Positions 28,301 through 36,093 of a stretch of 64,000 nt of DNA are shown here, piece by piece. The notes beneath the pieces were generated by a model that saw only the letters and a list, made by a program, of their open reading frames with translations, made no database searches and was not told the origin of the DNA. The stretch lies in assembly GCA_016235555.1 (NCBI GenBank), contig JACRKC010000004.1:83978-147977 (forward strand). The letters run 5' to 3'. Each line of letters opens with the position of its first letter. The first letter of the stretch is position 1. The stretch is from Verrucomicrobiota bacterium. GTDB lineage: Bacteria > Verrucomicrobiota > Verrucomicrobiia > Opitutales > Opitutaceae. The position numbers and the translations under genes are program-made.

Positions 28301-29635
28301 GGCGCGTTCGGCGAAGGCGTCGTTGAACGGGGCGTTGGACGTGGTGGTGAGGGCCTTGAAGAGGTTGAGGCGGCCGCCGGTCTGCGCCTTGCCGGCGAAG
28401 CGCGGGCCGGGATCGGTGCCGCGGAGCAGGCGGTTGATGAGCTGGCGGTGGGTGTCGCCGGGGAACTGCGCCTTCAGCAGCGCGAGGGCGCCGGCCACGT
28501 GGGGCGCGGCCATGGAGGTGCCGCTCTTGGTGGTGACGCCGGTGTTGCTGGCGTAGTTGAGGGAGACGATCGACTCGCCGGGGGCGAAGAGGTCGACGGC
28601 GGCGCCGTAGTTGGAGGAGTTGGACAGGAAGTCGTTGCGCTGGGAATTGCCGACGGTGACGATGTTGTCGAGCGCGTGGCTGGCGGGGTAGTGGCGGGAG
28701 ACGTCCAGGTTGACGGCGTCGTTGCCGGCGGCGGCGACGAACAGGATGCCGGCGTCGCGGGCGGCCGCGATGGCGGCGAACTCGTCGGGGTCGAAGCCAC
28801 CGCTGCCCGTCTCGCCGTAGCTGCCGTTGATGAGGTGGGCGCCGTTGCGGATCGCGTAGTTGATGCCGGCGGTGATCTCGGAATTGCGGCCGCCGCCGGT
28901 GGCGGGGAAGACCTTCACGGCCATGAGCTGGACCTTCCAGGCGACGCCGGCGCTGGCGACGCCGTTGTTGCCGGCGGCGCCGACGATGCCGGCGACGTGC
29001 GTGCCGTGGCCGTTGTCGTCGGCGGGGTTGCCGGTGAAGGTCGCGCCGCGACCGCCGACGAAATTGGCGCCGTTCACATCGCTGCGCGTGGGGGCGGGGT
29101 TGCGCCAGAGATTGGGGGTGATGTCCTGATGGTTGAGATTGAGACCGGTATCGAGGATGGCGACGACGACGTTGGGCGCCTCGCGGATGATATCCCAGGC
29201 TTCGGTGGCCTTGATGTCGGCGCCGGCCACGCCGCCGCTGGCGCCGGTGTTGGCGAGGCCCCATTGGTCGCGGAACGAAGGGTCGTTGGGCGTCGTGGCG
29301 TCGAGGTGGCGGATGCGGTCGCGCACGACGAACTCGTAACGGCCGGTGGCCTGCAGGCGGGCGATGGCGGCGTCGACCGTCTCGCCGGCGGCGACCGCGA
29401 TCACGCGCATGTCGCCGATGCGCTCGAAGCGGGCGTGGACGCGCACGCCCTCGCGGGCTTCGTCGGCATCAACGCGTGCGCGGTGCGAGACGCGGGGTTT
29501 GGCGATGACGGTGTCGTCGGCGTAGCCTTGGGCGAGTTCCTTGGCGGTAAAGCGTTCGTCCGGACCGGCCGAACGGGTGGCCGCCAACGCGAGCGAGCCG
29601 AGGGCGAGGACCAGGACGGGCAGGCGGAAAGGCAT
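25370..29635 (-). CDS. secreted S8 subtilisin-like peptidase P5: propeptide, S8 catalytic domain, 2x PPC-like, PQQ-like beta-propeller, Ig I-set, tandem C-terminal module
   Basis: I prefer the start MPFRLPVLVLALGSLALAA. Catalytic triad contexts: VVAILDTGLN (Asp), HGTHVAGIVGAAGNNG (His), SGTSMAAPHVAGALALL (Ser). Propeller blades: DGTVYVGSTDGSLYAFAPDGTPRW repeated about 8 times. It ends IALVEVYEVP. Confidence 0.9.
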   Translation of the reverse strand: MPFRLPVLVLALGSLALAATRSAGPDERFTAKELAQGYADDTVIAKPRVSHRARVDADEAREGVRVHARFERIGDMRVIAVAAGETVDAAIARLQATGRYEFVVRDRIRHLDATTPNDPSFRDQWGLANTGASGGVAGADIKATEAWDIIREAPNVVVAILDTGLNLNHQDITPNLWRNPAPTRSDVNGANFVGGRGATFTGNPADDNGHGTHVAGIVGAAGNNGVASAGVAWKVQLMAVKVFPATGGGRNSEITAGINYAIRNGAHLINGSYGETGSGGFDPDEFAAIAAARDAGILFVAAAGNDAVNLDVSRHYPASHALDNIVTVGNSQRNDFLSNSSNYGAAVDLFAPGESIVSLNYASNTGVTTKSGTSMAAPHVAGALALLKAQFPGDTHRQLINRLLRGTDPGPRFAGKAQTGGRLNLFKALTTTSNAPFNDAFAERARLIGDNFLVRSNNTGAASEPGEPAHAGLPGGTSLWWEWTPSTTAAVRVTTTGSSYDTLLAIYTALPGAPALSLSNGLTPVASNDNDGPATTSRIDFTAQAGVTYLIAVDGKNGATGLTLLNLGSVPANDAFATPVALTGSSDLVLATNANCTRETGEPRILTFTGGTSLWYRWTAPRSGRFQFAATSTDFDPLLAVYTGDALTSLSLVTANDNLSTTTGVTAALCTVEAVAGTTYRISVDAKSAVGSFALTLNDSVWQAAATDVITGAPAVAADGTVYVGSTDGSLYAFAPDGTPRWSKTTGGSIDTCSPALAADGTVYVGSNDGLLYAVNPDGTTKWTHSFNITNGSTTVTNPAANSPAIGADGTIYLKVADGSLHAINPADGTEKWKASVNAPLSSFYGSPVVGADGTIYQGSDENDSRLYAINPDGTPKWNFRADSGVYTAPAIDAAGNLYFCTLTGGVYSLTPAGTLRWRAVSGGNISSSPALSADGSTLYYGGYDKKLYARATTTGDVRWTFDLGNEVRASSPAIDANGVIYLGCYDQKIYAVNPDGTLKRTWATGNFIRSCPAIAGTMLYCGSNDEKLYAIDLGVGSAGGPWPQYRANARRLGRAVTEAFAIALAPKSQIVVLGLPLTLTVNATGTGAMAYQWSKDGTAIAGATAATFSVAATTFATAGAYTVAITNSQGALTSPPAVITVEPLNPGRLVNLSVRTTAGTGAQTLIVGFNLTGSAAKPLLIRGIGPALTAFGVTGALADPQITLLNADSNATVDSNDNWSGLPAIGVAAATVGAFPLDAASRDAALVRSLPAASYTVQIAGSGNSSGIVLAEIYDADPTPAGAQTFAAVSRLANVSARAQVGTGTGLLIAGFALNGNVPKRILLRGIGPSLAQFGVTGTLANPLLQVFDSKQSLVTSNDDWGGSADLTAAFRSVSAFNLTGTTSRDAALIATLAPGSYTAQISGVAGTTGIALVEVYEVP

Positions 29636-29702
29636 CGGGCGCACGATGGTGATTGATGGCGGAGAGACAAGTGCTGGCGCGGCCGGTGCTCCGGGCGGAG
29701 TG

Positions 29703-29815
29703 AAAATCAGACTGAGGTCAGTGCTCGAATGCCTCGCTGCTACCACAGAGCTGGCGCGGGTGAGCGCGCGCCTTCCGGATATTCGAGGCTTTCGGACGTC
29801 AGTTTGAGTCGCACC
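29703..29815. repeat. palindromic repeat, CTCAAACTGAGGT family, copy 1 (in the divergent P5/P6 promoter region)
   Basis: tcagactgaggtcagtgctcgaatgcctcg...cgaggctttcggacgtcagtttgagtcgcacc. The arms are inverted. Related copies lie at 35953-36003 and 40689-40824. Confidence 0.7.
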
Positions 29816-29890
29816 CCTCCGGGTCTGGGCACCGCGGAGGGAAATCGGAGTCTATGACGGCGCAACGCTCCCGTTTATCCACCACGCACC

Positions 29891-32386
29891 GTGACGGCCG
29901 AATCTGCGCAAAGGCTCGACGCCCGCCTCCCGCACCGACAAGGTGCGGAGGTGACTTTTCGGCATGTCCCGACATCGCACGACTGGTCCGCGGGCTGGCG
30001 TGGAGCGCGGCTCGCGGCTGCGTGGCTGCTTGGCTGGACGGCGGCGGTCCACGCGCAGTCGTCCTCGCTGCCCTATGTGTGGTCGACCCTGGCCGGCAGC
30101 GCGTCGGGCGGGTCCGCCGCGTGGGTGGATGCGACGGGAGCGGCGGCCCGGTTTGCGAACCCCGCGGGGATCGCGATCGACAGCGTGGGAGTGCTGTTCG
30201 TGGCCGACAGTGCGAACAACTCGGTGCGGCGGGTGCTGGCCAGCGGAGCCGTGGCGACGGTGGCGGGCGCGACGACGGCGGGTTTCGAGGATGGCTCCGG
30301 TGCCGCCGTGCGATTCAGCGGTCCGCTGGGTCTGGCGGTCGATTCCGGCGGCAATCTTTATGTGGCCGACACGGCCAATCACGTCGTCCGCAAGATCACG
30401 CCGGCGGGCTTGGTTTCGACCATCGCGGGGCGCGCGGGCACGGGGGGCTTCGCGGATGGCCCGGTGGGGGTGAGCCGGTTGAAATCGCCGCGAGGCGTGG
30501 CGATCGACGCGGCGGGGAACCTCTATGTGGCGGACACGGGCAACCAGCTCATCCGCAAGCGCGATGCCGACGGGCAGCTCTACACGTTCGCCGGGCAGCT
30601 CGAGACGACGGGCAGTGTCGATGGCGTCGCGTCGAGTGCGCGGTTCTCGGCGCCGTGGGGACTCGCGATCGATCCGGCGGGCAATCTCGTCGTGGCGGAT
30701 TCGGGCAACGCCACCGTGCGCCGGGTCACGCCCGGCGGCACGGTGACCACGATCGCCGGATTGGCGGGGAGCGCGGGCAGCGCCGATGGCCCGGGCGCGG
30801 CGGCGCGGTTTGTGCAGCCGGCCGGCGTGGCGGTCGATGCCGCGGGAAACATCTTCGTGGCCGATGCGGGCAATCACACGCTCCGCGGCATCACTTCCGC
30901 CGGCGTCGTCACGACCATCGGTGGCGTGGCGGGCACGCGTGGGGCGGCCGACGGGCCCGACGGCGCGGCGCTGTTTGCCGGTCCGGCGGGGGTGGCCGTC
31001 GATCCGGCCGGAGTTCTCTATGTGGCTGATCGGGACAACAACACCATCCGTGCCGGCCGCGTGCCGCGGGCCCCGACGATCAGCGTCCAGCCCGTGGGGG
31101 TGACGGTTTCAGCCGGGGTGGGGGCCACGTTCAGCGTCGTGGCGAGTTCGCTCGTGAACGTGACTTATCAGTGGTCGCTCAACGGGGCGGCCATCTCCGG
31201 CGCGACGGCGGCGAGTTATGCCATCGGATCGGCGAACGCGCGCGACGCCGGGGGCTATACGGTCGCGATCACCAATCTCGCCGGCACGACGAACAGCGCG
31301 GTCGCGACGCTCACCGTCAACGCGCCGCCGGCCATCGCCACGGCGACGGCGGCGACGGCGTTCGGGACCGCCAGCAACGCCGTGCTCAGCGTGGCGGCGG
31401 TCGGCTCGGGTAATTTCACCTATCAGTGGCAGCGCGACGGCCAGGCGGTGGCCGGTGCCACCGGCGCCACCCTCGCGACCGACGTTGCGGGCAACTACAC
31501 GGTGGTCGTCAGCAACAGTTTTGGTTCCGTGACCAGCGCGCCGGTGCGGATCGAGTATCCGAACCGGCTGGTCAACCTCTCCACCCGCGGAACCGTCGGC
31601 AACGGCGCGGGCGCCCTTGTCGCCGGGCTTGTGGTGCAGGCGCCGGCGGGCGCGACGAAGTCCCTGCTCGTGCGCGGCATCGGCCCGGGGCTGCGCAGTT
31701 TCGGCGTCGACGGCGCCGTCGCGCGGACCTCGCTGAGCATCGTCGATGCCGGCGGGGCGACGCTCGCCAGCAACGACCAAGGCTGGCTGAACAATCCCAA
31801 CCTGCCGCAACTCGATGCGGCGACCCGGGCGGTGGGGGCGTTTGCGCTCCAGCCCTCGAGCGGCGATTCCGCCGTGTTGGTCACCCTGCCGGGCGGCGTC
31901 TACACGGTGAGTGTCGGGGCCGTGGGCGGCGCGACCGGCACCGGCCTCGTGGAGATCTACGAGGTGGGCGCCGACAGCTCGCGACTCGTGAATTTGTCGA
32001 CTCGCGGCGTGGTCTCGGCGACCGCGGCGTTGACGGTCGGCGTGGTCGTGGGCGGCACCGCGTCCACGAAACTCCTCGTGCGTGCGATCGGGCCCGGCCT
32101 CGCGCAATTCGGTGTGGCCGGCGCGCTGGCGCGACCGCAACTCACGGTGTTCAGCGGCGCGACGCAGATCGCGACCAACGCCGGGTGGACCGTCCCCGGC
32201 AACGGGAGCAATCCCACGACCCTGGCCGGAGCGGCGAGTGCCGCGGGGGCGTTTCCGCTCGCCGCCGGCAGCGACGACGCGGCGCTGTTGCTGACGAATC
32301 TCGCTCCGGGCAGCTATACGGCGGTCGCGACGGGAGCAGGCGGCGCGACCGGCGCGGCGCTGATCGAGGTTTATCAGGTGCCGTGA
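29891..32386 (+). CDS. secreted protein P6: NHL-repeat beta-propeller, 2x Ig I-set, tandem C-terminal module
   Basis: The start is uncertain (GTG 29891 or in-frame GTG 29951). Signal-like ARLAAAWLLGWTAAVHAQ. NHL units: GNLYVADTANHVVRKITPAGLVSTIAG. I-set: YQWSLNGAAISGAT...DAGGYTVAITNLAG. It ends AALIEVYQVP. Confidence 0.85.
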   Translation: MTAESAQRLDARLPHRQGAEVTFRHVPTSHDWSAGWRGARLAAAWLLGWTAAVHAQSSSLPYVWSTLAGSASGGSAAWVDATGAAARFANPAGIAIDSVGVLFVADSANNSVRRVLASGAVATVAGATTAGFEDGSGAAVRFSGPLGLAVDSGGNLYVADTANHVVRKITPAGLVSTIAGRAGTGGFADGPVGVSRLKSPRGVAIDAAGNLYVADTGNQLIRKRDADGQLYTFAGQLETTGSVDGVASSARFSAPWGLAIDPAGNLVVADSGNATVRRVTPGGTVTTIAGLAGSAGSADGPGAAARFVQPAGVAVDAAGNIFVADAGNHTLRGITSAGVVTTIGGVAGTRGAADGPDGAALFAGPAGVAVDPAGVLYVADRDNNTIRAGRVPRAPTISVQPVGVTVSAGVGATFSVVASSLVNVTYQWSLNGAAISGATAASYAIGSANARDAGGYTVAITNLAGTTNSAVATLTVNAPPAIATATAATAFGTASNAVLSVAAVGSGNFTYQWQRDGQAVAGATGATLATDVAGNYTVVVSNSFGSVTSAPVRIEYPNRLVNLSTRGTVGNGAGALVAGLVVQAPAGATKSLLVRGIGPGLRSFGVDGAVARTSLSIVDAGGATLASNDQGWLNNPNLPQLDAATRAVGAFALQPSSGDSAVLVTLPGGVYTVSVGAVGGATGTGLVEIYEVGADSSRLVNLSTRGVVSATAALTVGVVVGGTASTKLLVRAIGPGLAQFGVAGALARPQLTVFSGATQIATNAGWTVPGNGSNPTTLAGAASAAGAFPLAAGSDDAALLLTNLAPGSYTAVATGAGGATGAALIEVYQVP

Positions 32387-32603
32387 GCGGCGGCGTGGCT
32401 CGGGCTCGCGCGACGGCGGATGCTTTTCGTCGCGGCGATCTCACCGTGGCCGAATTGTTGCCCGGAGTGGCGCGGGCGGCGCGCAGGCGGCGGGTTCGGC
32501 TCAGTTGGAGTGCGATGCCAACGTCACAGGAATTTTGGATTTCGCAGGTCCGCCCACCGCGCGGGCCGGCAACGGAAAATCTGAAGGCTACGGGACGTTG
32601 GAA

Positions 32604-33482
32604 TTACCCCCGTTTGCTCCGCAACACTTCGACGACCGCGGCCATGTCTTTCGTCCCGTGGCCCGCATCGATGGCCCGCCGGCACAGTTCCAGCGCCGTC
32701 GCCGCCGTCGTGAGCGACTCGCCGGTCGCCGCGCGCTCCCGCACGGCGTAGTCGAGATCCTTGGCCATGAGCTTGAGAAAGAAATTCGGCGCGAAGTCGT
32801 TCGCGATCATGCGGGCCGTGACGAGTTTCACGAGCGGGCTGCCCGGCGTGCCCTCCGTGAGCAGGGGCACCGCCTTGGTGCGGTCGAGGGCGCTTTGCTC
32901 GATCCAGGCGATGGCCTCGGCGATCGCGGCGAGTTGCACGCCGCTGACAAAATTATTGATCAACTTCATCAGGGCGCCGCTGCCGGTCGGGCCGAGGTGG
33001 GTGATGCTCCGCCCCATCGCGTTGAGCGCGGGCCGGATTTTTTCCAACGCCTCGGCGGAGCCCCCGGCGAGGAAGTTCAGTTCGCCGGCGGCGGCGGCCT
33101 TCTTGCTCCCGGTCACCGGGGCATCGACGAATTCGCAGCCGCACACCTCGGCCGATTGGGCGAGCTCGCGGACCCAGCCGACGGTGAGCGTGCTGCAATC
33201 GACCGCGACCGCGCCCTGCGGGGCGCCGGCGAGGGCGCCGTCGACGCCGAGCCACATCGCCCGCGAAGCGGTGTCGTCCGCCACCATGCAGAATACGAGG
33301 TTGGCCCGGGCCGCGGCCTCCCGGGGTGTGGCGGCGATGTTCGCGCCGGACGCACCGAGCGCTTCCGCTTTCGCCCGATCGCGGTTATAGACCGTCAGCG
33401 CGAATCCGGCATCGAGGAGCCGGCGCGCCATTCCGCTGCCCATGATTCCAAGGCCAAGGAACGCAACACGAGGGGTAACCAT
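32604..33482 (-). CDS. NAD(P)-dependent beta-hydroxyacid dehydrogenase (3-hydroxyisobutyrate dehydrogenase family)
   Basis: This is the 3' part of track ORF 32604..34670, with start MVTPRVAFLGLGIMGSGMARRLL (Rossmann GxGxxG). The central DAPVTGSKKAAAAGEL and LMKLINN motifs fit the HIBADH family. Confidence 0.85.
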   Translation of the reverse strand: MVTPRVAFLGLGIMGSGMARRLLDAGFALTVYNRDRAKAEALGASGANIAATPREAAARANLVFCMVADDTASRAMWLGVDGALAGAPQGAVAVDCSTLTVGWVRELAQSAEVCGCEFVDAPVTGSKKAAAAGELNFLAGGSAEALEKIRPALNAMGRSITHLGPTGSGALMKLINNFVSGVQLAAIAEAIAWIEQSALDRTKAVPLLTEGTPGSPLVKLVTARMIANDFAPNFFLKLMAKDLDYAVRERAATGESLTTAATALELCRRAIDAGHGTKDMAAVVEVLRSKRG

Positions 33483-33593
33483 GTGAAAACAGAGACGGGC
33501 GCAGATTGGAGGGTGCCGGCGTGCCCGGCGAGCCGGAATTCGGCGTTGCCGGCGTGACCGCGGGCGTGGTTTGGTCGGTGTCCCTGCTGTGCG

Positions 33594-34664
<1,071 letters not shown>

Positions 34665-34688
34665 ATCCATCCGGCCATCCCGCTCGTC

Positions 34689-35402
34689 ATGTCGTCACCC
34701 TCCATGAAATCCCGCCTCCTCGCCCCCGCCTTGATGATTGCCGTGTGCGCGCCGTTTGCCGCCGCGGCGGACAACCAGCTCACCGCCGCCGAAAAAACCG
34801 CCGGCTGGTCGCTCGTGTTTGACGGCAAGTCCTTCGATGGCTTGCGCGTCTATCGCCAGAAAGGCCCGCCCACCGTCGGCTGGGAGATCAAGGACGGCAT
34901 GCTCAAGACCGTCGCCAAGGTGAAAGGCACCGACCTCGTCACCCAGAAGAAATACACCGACTTCGAGTTCAGCTGGGACTGGCGCGTCGAGCCGGGTGGC
35001 AACAACGGCGTGAAATACTGCGTGACCGAGGACCGCCCCGGCGCGCCCGGCTACGAATACCAGATGATCGACGACGACAAGCACCCCGACGCCAAGAACG
35101 GCGCGATCCGGCAGACCGCGGCGTTCTACTATGTGCTCCCGGCGCACGACCGCCCGCTCAAGCCCGGCGGCGAGTGGAACACCTCGCGCATCGTCGTCAA
35201 AGGCAACCACGTCCAGCACTGGCTCAATGGCAGGAACGTGCTCGAGTTCGACCTCGGCAGCGAGGCGGTGAAGAAAGGCGTGGCCGCGAGCAAATTCGCC
35301 AAGCAGCCCGGCTTCGGCGACAAGATCACCGGCCACGTGATGCTCACCTACCATCAGGACGAGTGCTGGTATAAGAACGTCAAGATCCGCGAGCTGAAGT
35401 AA
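34689..35402 (+). CDS. DUF1080 / 3-keto-disaccharide hydrolase-like secreted protein
   Basis: Signal peptide. GWSLVFDGKSFDGL...W.IKDGML..., YTDFEFSWDWR...GGNNGVKY, WNTSRIVVKGNHVQHWLNG and YKNVKIREL match the DUF1080 pattern. Confidence 0.8.
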   Translation: MSSPSMKSRLLAPALMIAVCAPFAAAADNQLTAAEKTAGWSLVFDGKSFDGLRVYRQKGPPTVGWEIKDGMLKTVAKVKGTDLVTQKKYTDFEFSWDWRVEPGGNNGVKYCVTEDRPGAPGYEYQMIDDDKHPDAKNGAIRQTAAFYYVLPAHDRPLKPGGEWNTSRIVVKGNHVQHWLNGRNVLEFDLGSEAVKKGVAASKFAKQPGFGDKITGHVMLTYHQDECWYKNVKIRELK

Positions 35403-35577
35403 GGCCCGCACCTCGTAGCCGCAGCGTGAGGTAGGGACGGCTCTCCGAGCCGTCCTGAGTTCCAATCCAGTTTGCGGGCTGGCGACGCGATCCGTCCGAA
35501 AGCCCAGGGCGGCGCGGAGAGCCGCCCCGGCCTCCTCACCAACGGAACCAATGCCCGCAGCCGCGGATCGCGCCGGA

Positions 35578-35732
35578 GAATTTCATTCACGGTGGGTCCG
35601 ATACCGCGAGGCCGCTTGCCTTGGTTGGGAGGTGGCACGGGTCTCCTGACCCGTGGCGAAGTGGATAACGGGTCGGGAGACCCGTGCCACGAAACCGGCG
35701 AGGTCGGGAGCGGAACATGGAGGTTTGGTCCA
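35578..35732. repeat. palindromic repeat, GTGGCACGGGTCTCCTGACCCGTG family, extended copy 2
   Basis: Core ggtggcacgggtctcctgacccgtggcgaagtggataacgggtcgggagacccgtgccac. The flanks are the reverse complement of the copy at 25095-25255. It abuts the REP copy at 35733. Confidence 0.8.
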
Positions 35733-35868
35733 ATACCAACGGCTGTTGAGATTTGGGTAATCGTAGGTCGGGCTTTACGCCCGACACTTGTCCGCCTACG
35801 GCGGAGGTCGGGGATAAACCCCAACCTACCCACAGGATCCAATAGTCCATTCTTCAGCAGCCGTTGGT
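35733..35868. repeat. REP-like element, GTAGGTCGGG family, full-length copy 3
   Basis: ataccaacggctgttgagatttgggtaatcgtaggtcgggctttacgcccgacacttgtccgcctacggcggaggtcggggataaaccccaacctacccacaggatccaatagtccattcttcagcagccgttggt. Confidence 0.8.
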
Positions 35869-35952
35869 CTAATGCCCCCGGGGCTTGCCCCGAGGATCTT
35901 TACGCGGCCCGGCCAAAACTCCGCCCTGACGGGGCGCGCGCTCACTCGCGCC

Positions 35953-36003
35953 CGCCGCTACAACCGTGGCATTCGAGAACTGACCTCAGTTTGAGTTGCA
36001 CCT
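35953..36003. repeat. half copy of the CTCAAACTGAGGT-family repeat, about 90 bp upstream of the parC-like start
   Basis: ccgccgctacaaccgtggcattcgagaactgacctcagtttgagttgcacc matches the right arm of the 40689-40824 element. Confidence 0.65.
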
Positions 36004-36093
36004 GTTACACCCTCCGGTCCCAAGCACCCCCTTGACGCGCCGCCCGCGCGCGTGCCAGCGTGCTCCCTTTCACCACCCGATTTTCCCGCGCGA

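Noticed and set aside
35578-36003. Clustered repeats that could be mistaken for a CRISPR array (also 40689-41093)
   Set aside because: The repeats belong to different families, are internally palindromic over long stems and are not regularly spaced with unique spacers. No cas genes are nearby.
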